The notes under the pieces: model-generated | The model's database searches: none | Told to the model about the DNA's origin: nothing | The model's input: the letters and a program-made list of their open reading frames with translations, nothing else | Translations under genes and position numbers: made by a program | Shown: in pieces, positions 1 to 10,000 of the stretch | Position numbering within the stretch: position 1 is the first letter of the stretch | How the letters are laid out: each line of letters begins with the position of its first letter | Assembly: GCA_030637655.1 (NCBI GenBank) | Contig: DAOWGI010000062.1 | Span: 1-20,927, forward strand | DNA length: 20,927 nucleotides | Origin: a candidate division FCPU426 bacterium | Lineage (GTDB): Bacteria; Oederibacteriota; JAAXVQ01; JAUVAV01 | Direction of reading: 5' to 3'

Positions 1-1040
1 GAAGAAGGCGCTTTTGATACGGTTAATACGGATAAGATCAGCACCTTTCCAATTAAAAAAATCCGGGAACAAGTGAGTGATTATTTTGTCAAACAGGGCA
101 AGATCACAGGCGCGGAATATTACGCGTGCACGAGCGAACAGGATATCCGGCTGGTGGGCATTGAAACCCCGGAATTGTATAAGGCCAGCCAACAGGCAGT
201 GCGCGCTTTTTTGAATGCCGAGAGCCAGGGCTATTGTTATGATTTGCGCGATATGCTGGAAGAATTGAAGGCTGATATTTATAATTCGCAGCTTCTGAAA
301 TTCGACAACAAGCGCATGGCATATCGCGAAGGCTATCTGGACATTCTGAAGTACAGCGCGTATCTGCATCGCAGCGCCCACCAACTGAAACTGGATTTGA
401 GCGTATATCCCAATTTGGCCCGTTTTTTAAGCCTGAAACAGAATATCTTCTCACCAAAAGTTGACCCGGACCAGCTTTTCCAGGAACTGGACAAACTGGA
501 CGCCAATATCCGCGGGCATCTCTATTCAAATAAAACGCAGCAGGAACTGGATGAGCTATACACCCGCCTGGATATCATAGAAAGACTTCTGAACATCTCG
601 GTTTCACCCGAAGAGCTGCAAGCCTTCCGCACAGAGCGGAAAAAATATACTATGCAGGAATTTGCCAATTTCATCAATACCGTAGGGGCGAACGGCGGTT
701 CGCCCTTGCAGCTGGACCCGGAAATGTATGCCCTGGATGAATATTTAAAGCAGGTAGATAATTTTTACCGCCTGGCCGATGAGCGCAGCCTTCATTTTGT
801 GGACAACCTGGTCCGAAAAATGGACCATTTCGACGAGAAGCTGGCAGTCATGATAAACGGCGGATTTCATACGGACAAAGTCCTGGCAGAACTCAAACGC
901 CGGGATATAACCCATGTCTCCATCAAACCGCGCGTAACCCGGCATGATGTAGTGAACCCCTATTTCACCCTGCTCCAGGACAGAAAAACCCCGCTGGAAA
1001 AACTGCTGGCCAAGAACCAGACGATCATGGGTTTGCTTAC
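1..1040 (+). other. N-terminal domain of the giant protein with EEGA...GKITGAEY...GGFHT motifs; possibly TraB/GumN/Tiki/ChaN/EreA-like
   Basis: Motifs EEGA, GKITGAEY, LVGIE, RSLHFVDNL and LAVMINGGFHTDKVLAELKRRDITHVSIKP. The hhhhGxxH strand-helix pattern resembles the EreA/ChaN/Tiki superfamily. From recall, similar N-termini occur in giant proteins of Elusimicrobia/Omnitrophota-like lineages. Confidence 0.5.
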
Positions 1041-4000
1041 TTCCTGGAGCTTCAAATCATTTCTTTTGCGCGCGGAATTTACAGTGAAGAGCTTATTAAA
1101 ATTAGCGTCTCCAGCAAGACAGAGTGAAGCGCTTACCTGGCTGGCTAAAAATAATATGGTGGAAGTTATCAGCCTCAGCCCGGATGAACTTGATGAGTTG
1201 CGGGTGGAAATACCAAAAGGTGTTGAGCTTTTATCAACATCCTTAGAATCAGCAGGGGGCAAGTCTGTTTTTGTGCTGGTTGCTCCTGAAGGCCGGATTA
1301 ATCCACGCCTTTTAAGGAAAATCACGCTATTGCCTACAGAGTTTATCGCAGGAGCGACACTCTCAGTGCTCGAATCACCGGACCAGGTAGTCCAGGCTAT
1401 AGAAAAGATATCCAGTCACCGGGCGGTTAAGTTTGCCATAAATATATTTTATTTGCCGGTCAGTGCGTTGAATTGGCTGCGAGCTGGAGCTAAGGCCTTG
1501 GCGGACAGATGGTTTGAGGCGCGTCAAACAGCTGAAAGGGAATCGCGGTCAATTATTTATCAAGATTTTACGACTTTTTTAAAATATTGTCATAAGTACT
1601 ATCCCGGAAAAGCGGGATTCCTTCAGCTGCTTGTCAGAAGGCTTGGGCTGGGAATCATGTTTGGGCTGGCTCCGATTATGGCAATAAGCATAATGATAAC
1701 GGCGCTGCACCTGGGCGATGCGCTCAACGCCGCCAATATAACGGCTCTATTACTGGCCATGATTATGGCAACGTATTTCTACCAAGAGAAGGCAGTTAAA
1801 GCATATGATTCGCTGTTTGACTTTGTCCATACTGTTTATGATACGCTTATGCCTCATTATTTGCGGTTGGAAATGGATTTGGAAACTGCCCTGAAAAACA
1901 TAAAGAAATTTACTGAAACGGGAGAAATAGATAAAGTTGGACAACTGCTTGAAGTGATTTCGAAGATAAGGCAAAAAACAAGGGGCCAAGGAAAGATTGC
2001 CGAAGCAGAGGAAGCCAGACGAGCGGAGGAAGTGGAGGAAATAATATCAAAGTATGGAACTTGGGGCAAATCAATACCAGTATTATTTTTTTATGCTGAC
2101 AACACCTCCCCCGAGTACCTTTTCTTGAGCAATAAACAATTGAGAGTAGGATTACTATATGGGATTGTGGAGGATAGAAACAATAAACTTATAATTGAGG
2201 CAGGAGAAAGGATACCATACCTCTATATGGCGATTGATGCCGCGCGAGAGAAGAAAGTGGATGGAATTTTTGCTGACATTTTAACTATGTTAAAGGAGAT
2301 GACAGAGCAGTCAACTACTCCTAATAAAAAAAATGATAGATATAAAAAAATCATCAAACTAATACACGACAAAAAAAATGAAGAGGTGTTTAAGCAAAAA
2401 GCTTTTATAGCATTAGGGATGCTTGACGTTGTTGAAGCGAAAGTAAAAAACATAAATTTTGAATCTCCGCGAGCTTACAGTAGGAGTACTTATAATTGGA
2501 AAGACTGGCTTAAACATAATAATGCATTCTTACAAGAATTCCCCGAACCCAGCTACAACCCAAATGAATCGATCTCAACCGCTTCTGAGTTTCAACGGAT
2601 TGAGATGCAAATATCAGCTTCTTTGAAGGTATTTAAAGAAATTTGCGATTGTTGTGACATGCTCGCGGATTCTGAAAAAATTCCGAAAGAATATATTGCC
2701 GGTATTCAGACTCAGATCGAAGCAAATGAAGTGCATAGTAATTTCGAAGTATATAGTGGCCTTTCAGCGGCGTTTAAACTGCTAAAAGCCCTTAATGATA
2801 ATGAAGCTCCTGCTAAAGTTAATCCAGCTTACAAATCTTTTTTGGAAGCAAGAGCTGCGCTGGAGAGCTACGCAACACGGCTGGTCAGCCGTCGCCATGG
2901 CTTGGCGCATATATCCTGGACGGCGGAAGATACAAAAAGAGCAATCAGTGGTGAACATGGAGTACAGTATTCGCCTGAAGATATTCGTAAGACAGTGCTG
3001 GAATATGTTAAAAAAAGGCAGTTTACAATAGGAGGAAATGTTTTTGTTCCTGTGTGCGATGTTAGCTCCGATTCAACCGATAAAAAAGAATGGGTAAATA
3101 TTGATGAGATTATATTTTTTATGCGAAATAATAAACATCTGATCGCAGACGATTGGCATGATTTTTACAACGCGATTAAAAACGGTTCCTGGAATATAAT
3201 ACCAATAGGAATCCAAGTTTACGCATTAAGAAAAAAAATGGCTGAAGCATATAGAAAAAGTCTGGGTAATAAAGAAGGGGTTATTGTAGAAGAGGTGGAG
3301 ATTGACATTGACATAGCGGTAAAGGGTATAGAGGAGGGATATCTTTATTGGGATAAAGATATAAACATGTTGCGAGCAGCAGGTGGTCAGGGAATAAATG
3401 AAGTTGCTCAAAAATATGTTCGTGAGTATTTGGAAAAAGAATTAAAGAGGAAGACGTCAGACATTGTGTCGGCAGAGAAAGCCGCGCAAGAGAAGAAAGT
3501 GGATGAAATCCTTGATGATATTCACGATATGTTAAAGGAGATGAAAGATTATCCAACTATTCATAGCATCAATCATATAAAAATTGCCGGCTATAGAGAA
3601 GTCATCGAAGCAATACACGATAAGTGGACAAAATCCGGAATTTTACAGCAAAGAAAAACTGCTTTAGCCTTGGAAATGCTTATATTTACTGAAACGCAAG
3701 CGAGAAGTTATGGAAGCGACGAGGTTGATCCAGTAGACCTTTTGGATGATATAAAAGTTTATTTCCAAAGTTCCGCCTTTGGCAACAGACCTGAACTTTT
3801 TGAAGCGGCCTCTAAGGTGGCACATAATAAAGGGCGGATAGCAGCTCCTCTGGAGTTAGCTAACGAAATTTGCGAGTGCTTTAATATGCTCGCGGATTCT
3901 AAAAAAATTCCGGAAAAATATATTATTGGTATTCAGACTCAGATCGAAGAGCATGAAGGGCAGGGAGATTTCGCAGTATATAGTGGCCTTCCAGAGGCGC

Positions 4001-7000
4001 TTAATCTGCTGATAGCCCTTAATAATGATGAAGCTCCTGCTAAAGTTGATGCAGCTTACAGCTCGTTTTTGGAACAGCTAAACACTATGCCGAAAATACG
4101 CGCGACACGGCTGGAAAAGGCTGTGATGCAACTGGGATGGGATAAAACATTTTCAGAAAAAGATTTTATGGAACTTGAATCAATTATTTCGAAATTAGTT
4201 AAGTATAATAGCGATACAATAGAACTAGATATTGAGATTACAATGGAATTTTTTAAGCGGTTTACGGCAAGGCCATTGAATCAAAAAGCACGGAGCATCT
4301 TGCGGAAGGCTATTGAAAGCAGCAAAAAAGAAGAAGACAGAATTTATAAAATCGGCAAAGCAATTGCGGCGATTTCAGATAATCTCCCTGGAGAACTGCC
4401 GGATATTTGTCGAAATATTTCAATTTTGGCCGATAACTTTGATACGAAGCCTTTTTCTGCAAGGGATATTTTAAGGCTTCGTATCAAACTTGCGCGACAG
4501 ACAAAAAAGTTGTACAGGTATAATCCGGAAGTTTTATGGCTTACAACTGCGATTGATTTACTGATAGCTTTTCAAAGTGACGAGCTCGATGGTACTGATG
4601 AGCTTTTGAAAAAATTCAAAAGAGACAGGAGGTCGGTCAGCGAATTACCACAGAAAGACGACTTACTAAAATCGATTGAGACTTTAGCAGCAAAGTATTT
4701 GTCAAAAACACGTGACAGTAAATCTGTGAAGGCTTCCGGCACCAAACCTGCCGATACGTCCTCCGGTGAAAAATCCGAGCAGCTCATCCACAAACGCGAC
4801 CTTAAGTATTCAGCAATACTGGCCCTCATCTTCCTCGCTGTTGGCATTTGGCAGACTGCATCTTCAGGATTTGGCTTGCTGCCGGGTCTTCTATTCGTAT
4901 TTTCTTTTTCTATTTTATATACATTTCAGGCCAAATGGAGGGGATTACAGGGGAAAGAATCTACTGCACTTGATGAAGAATTAAAATCCCCTCTAGTCAG
5001 CCACCGCGCGCATGCCTTGGCGCATGAATATATTAATAATCATAAATATATTAATAAGATAGGAGCAGCATTCGGAATAAAAAACTTGAGTGATTTTGAA
5101 TTGCCCGTACACATGGTGGATTTTCTTTTTTGTTTGAAAGCATACCGGCAGATAAGAGCAAAAAAAGAAATGGCACTAGGCACAATATTCCAATCTTTTA
5201 GATCTGAAAAGCTCTCAGTTTTTCACAAACTTAAATGGCGAAGCGAGAACATGATGTTGATGTCCATGATGTTAATACTACCCATAATGTTAATACCCAT
5301 GAACTTCATAAGCTGGTTATTCATTGACTCGACAATAATTGCCCTACCTTTAAGTTTGATATTTCATACAATAAATAACAGGACAAATAATAAATTTCTT
5401 TCGCGGCTTAAGAAATTTATGGGTGGAAGTTTAGTGTTTGTTCTTGCGATCCATAGTTTGAAGGGGCTTAGTTTTGCCGGAGAACAGGCAAATGCGCAGT
5501 TTTCAGGGGGATTATACGGAATTGGTTTTTCGATTGCTCTGGTTGTTGGTTGGATTTTATTTCTTAGCATACCTGCTGTGTTAAGAAATAAGCAAAAGAA
5601 GTCACCGGGTGCCGGAGATGGGTGGCAAACTTTACCAATGACGACAGTTTTTCATGTAGTCTATAAAGGACCGATACAAATAGAAGGATCCGCTGGAAAA
5701 ACGTTTTGGATATTTTCTTATGATCATTTGCCAAGACCGTTGAAGAAACAATTGGACTCAAATTTTGAATATTATGTTATTGATTTTGACGAACTGGAAA
5801 TTGAGGAAAAAGGGGGCAAAGGATATAAAGGATTAAACATGGGAAATGTGTTTGACGTTGAAAAGATTTCAGGTAGATTTAGGCATCATGGTCATTTACT
5901 AGTTTATTTAAAAGATAACATGTTCTCTTTCCTAACATATGCTGAAAAAAGATTTCAGATAAGGGTTCATGATAATCAATTAAGGTTGCTGTTTTATACA
6001 ATACATACCTGGAAAAATAATAAATTTCTTTCGCGGCTTAAGAAATTTATGGGCGGAAGTTTAGTGTTTATTCTTGCGACCCGTGGTTTGAAGGGGCTTA
6101 GTTTTGCCGGAGAACAAGCAAATGCGCAAGTTTCAGGGCTATACGGAACAAACACTTTAATTGGTATCAGTTTAGTAGCTGTTTTAATTGTACTTTATAT
6201 TATCTATCGGCTAATACGTGGCAAAGAGAAAATAAAAAAAGAAAAATCAACAGGAGCGGCGCTGGCCCCCGAATCATTACGCTGGGAAAAGCCTAAACCT
6301 ACTGGGCCACTCAAGGATACATATATAGTAGATTTGTTGAGAGAATTTGACAAGTTTAGTAATGTCGATCCAGAAGATGTTGAGAAATTTCTTGAAATAA
6401 AGTTGGAATTAACAGGACGGAATATAACAGAATTATTAATACAGGATAAATACCAAGAAAATAGTATGTTTCTAGAATTGCCTGAGCTAAAAATGGACGA
6501 AATAGCAAAAAAAATGTGGTTTCGAGGAGTCTTTAAACCATGGATAAAACCTTATTTTCCTGGTAAAGAAATAAACCTACTGTCATCAGGCATTAAACCT
6601 GTTGATATTAAACCGCTGTCAAATCCCCCTCTTGACACAAGATTTGGTTTCGAAAACATAACAATAAATGAAAAAATTAAAACACCACGAAATTATTTTA
6701 TTAGACAACTACTAGAGCCTATAAATAAAATAAAGAAAAACGTAAGTCGATTTTTTGCAGGGTGGATGTTTTTGCTAGATGAGCGGATTAAGGCAAGGAC
6801 CGCGTCCTTAGATGAAAATATGACCGCTTTAGATCTTATAGTGTGGGGAGTATCAGCCGGTGCATTCATGTCTAAGAAAGTTGCGCCAAAGGCAAGGTCG
6901 GAAAGCCCGGATGGGATGAAGGGTGTTTTTTATGGAATAATTCTCCCCATTTTGGAAACCTGGTTAATCGCGGCGGTTGTGAGTTCCTTTGGTATGACTA

Positions 7001-10000
7001 TGAGTATGTGGGGACTGGCTTTTATTTTTGCCGCTCTGCATACGATTACTAGGTGGCTTTGGCACGCCAAAAAGAATGGGTGGAAACTGACAGAATTTAC
7101 TTTAGATAATCATAAAATACTATGGAACGAAATTTATAACCGGGAGCGGATTAAACAAGATATATTTGATTTTGCCATCCGTTATGGTATGGGAGTGTTA
7201 TATATCTGGCCTTTTAGCACAGCCATCGCCCTTCAGCATGCAGTTGCCATTTCCGCTACTTTCCATATTGTGTATAACTCTTGCGCCTTAATCTTTAATC
7301 CTTTCATCGAACAGTTCTTCGGACAGTGGGGGATAAAATTCCGGCTGCCCTTGACTGCGTTGGTACATACTGAAGGTACACAAGGACCGGCCAAGCCGGC
7401 ACAGGCACAGTATTCAGAAGATGAAAACAAAGTGGATGGAATTTTTGATAATATTGAAATGATGTTATGGAAGATAAATACGTTTCCAAATAGCTATATC
7501 GTTTCTCGGATAGAAATTTATAGATATAGAAAAGTCATCGAACCAATACATGATAAGTGGAAAACATCTGAAGATTTGCGGCAAATAAAAACAGCTTTAG
7601 CCTTGCAAATGCTTAGGTTTACCGAAATGAAGGTTAGAAGTAAATCAAAACATAGTGATTCAATAGATTTTTTAAATAGCATATACAGTACTTTCGAAAT
7701 GCTATCTTTTAGCAATGAAAGACATAAACTTTTTCGTACTGCCTATACTTGGGTGCCAAATGATGAAGAGCAGATACCAGCTTATCAGGAGTTATTTAAC
7801 GATATTTACGAATGTTTTCACATGCTCGCGGATTCTGAAAAAATTCCAATAGAATATATTACTGGTATTAAGGCTATGAGCAAAGAAAATCAAGGGAACG
7901 CACAATATGAAAAATTTTCAACGGCATTTAATCTGCTAATGGCCCTTAATAATAATGAAGCACCTGCTGAAGTTGATGCAGCTTACAAGTCTTTTTTGAA
8001 ACAGTTCAACAAGGATATAGTGCATCCGATGACACTGCTGGAATCTGCTGTGATATGCCTGGGCTGGCATAAGTCAGAAGGACCTCCAATTAATAATGTC
8101 ATAGATGACATTACAAAATTAGCCAAATCGGATATTGAAAACATTACAGGAATGGATGTATTAAAACTTCGTATTCAACTTACGCAAACATTACAAAGAA
8201 TTGGCGAAAATAGCGATAAATTCATAATGTGTAATGCTGCGCTTGATTTGTTGGTAGCCTTTCAGGCCGGAAAGCTTAATGGAGTTGAGGGATTTCTTAG
8301 ACGTTTTCGGAACGCCAGAAAGTATTACAGAGAAGAGAAAATTATTGAATTAGCAAAAACAATTGAGACTTTAGCAGCAGAGTATTTGCCAAAACAAAGT
8401 TCACAAGACGTGGAACAACTGCTTGAAGATATTCATAATCTAATGAAAAATAATCCGCTTGGCGGTGAGGATGTAACGCTTGAGAGTGGACATGTACATA
8501 AATTTGCAGCCCTGTATGAAAAATCTGTGGAAATACTGAAACAAGACCGTTTAGGAAAAGCGGAATCAGAAAAAGTAGAATTAGGGAAAGCCGCAATTGA
8601 ACTATTGACCTCGCTTTATGTACACACGACTTATAAAACTGTTGATGAAGCTTATAACGAATTTTTATCAAGTTACCAAAAATTAAATATTCCAGATGAA
8701 GATCCGGATAAAAAACGTTTTATCCAAGCAGCGAAAAAACTGGTAAATGAGCGCAAGCAAGAAATAGCCGACCGGAGAATAAAATTCGAAGCAAATAACC
8801 CCCAATTCACAAAAGATTTCGCTCAAATGAAATCGATAGTGAAGTTTGGAGTGAGATGGAAAAAAATTATTTTATCAGTTTTAGCTCCTGAGGATGAGCA
8901 GAGCCAGAATAAATTTTCAGAAGACTTGGATCGACAACTTGGCTTTTTAGCAGAGGGAGTAGCTGATATTGAACACTTTCTTCAAACAACCCAAGGTAAT
9001 TCAGCTAGGGAAAGTTTAAATTTGGGATTTGCTGCAGTTGAAGTCATTGAGCAAAAAGTAAAAGAAGAAATGGATAAAAAATCACCTTATGCGGTGTTGG
9101 GAGCAAGTTCGGGAAATAATATGGAAGTGTTTAGAAATAAATGGCGGGTTCTTTCAAAAAAATACCTTCCTAATCAAACTGACGGTTTTGCTCTTGCTAT
9201 TGAAGCAATGATGTTCATCAAAGGTCAGGACGCATACGAGGAGTTAAAAAATAAGCTGACTGGCGGGCAAGAAGAGTGGAGTTTATTAGAGCCGGATATA
9301 CCGTACGTGATAAAATACACCAAACCGATAGAACTGAAATTAGCCCCGCAAACGCTTTGGATATATTCTTATAATGATTTGCCGGAAAAGGCGCGGGAAA
9401 ATTTAAATGCAACGATTCCATATTTTATTATTAATCATGGAAATCTAAAATTTGAGGATATAGATAGTCTGGGATTTACGGACAAAAGTGATAGGGGATT
9501 TAATGGATTAAGAAATAAGGCGGTGTTCCTAGTTGGAAGGAAAACTGCGGGTAGATTAGGTTTGCATAAGAATAAATTTATTTCAGGTGAACATTTAACA
9601 GTTATGCATATAGACGGTCTGTTCTATTTCACAGACCTTCGTAGTACAAATGGAACTAAGATAAGGATTCCAAAGAAGACATTACTCGGCGGGAAATCCG
9701 AGCTGTTAAAGATGTGGACGCTTAAGTGGTTTGGAATTACTGAAGCGGACTATGAAGAGAATTTAGTTTTTATTGAAACCGCCTGGTCGCTGGCAGCTGG
9801 CTTGGTCGGGGCGCTGGCGATATTGGGCTGTAGTCTAGCCGGATGGCCGATCTTCACGGAATGGCTGCCGTTTATCACGGAATTGTTTCCAACCGGGACA
9901 GTAATGGAATTTTTTCTGAGTACTTTAACATTAGCCCTGATTGCCTTTCCGTTTTTACATTTGGATAAAGTATTTAACTGGGTTTTGGATAAAGCGCCTC

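Noticed and set aside
73-75. GTG start of the giant ORF as given in the track
   Set aside because: The frame is open to base 1 with conserved-looking sequence and there is no convincing RBS; the true start is probably upstream of the window.
5002-5043. Zinc metallopeptidase motif at HRAHALAHEYINNH
   Set aside because: There is no true HExxH (it reads HEYIN); too degenerate to call.
5386-6138. Repeat B as the TR/VR pair of a diversity-generating retroelement
   Set aside because: Mismatches are mixed (T/C, G/A, A/G, T/G) rather than confined to adenines of one copy, and no reverse transcriptase is present in the window.
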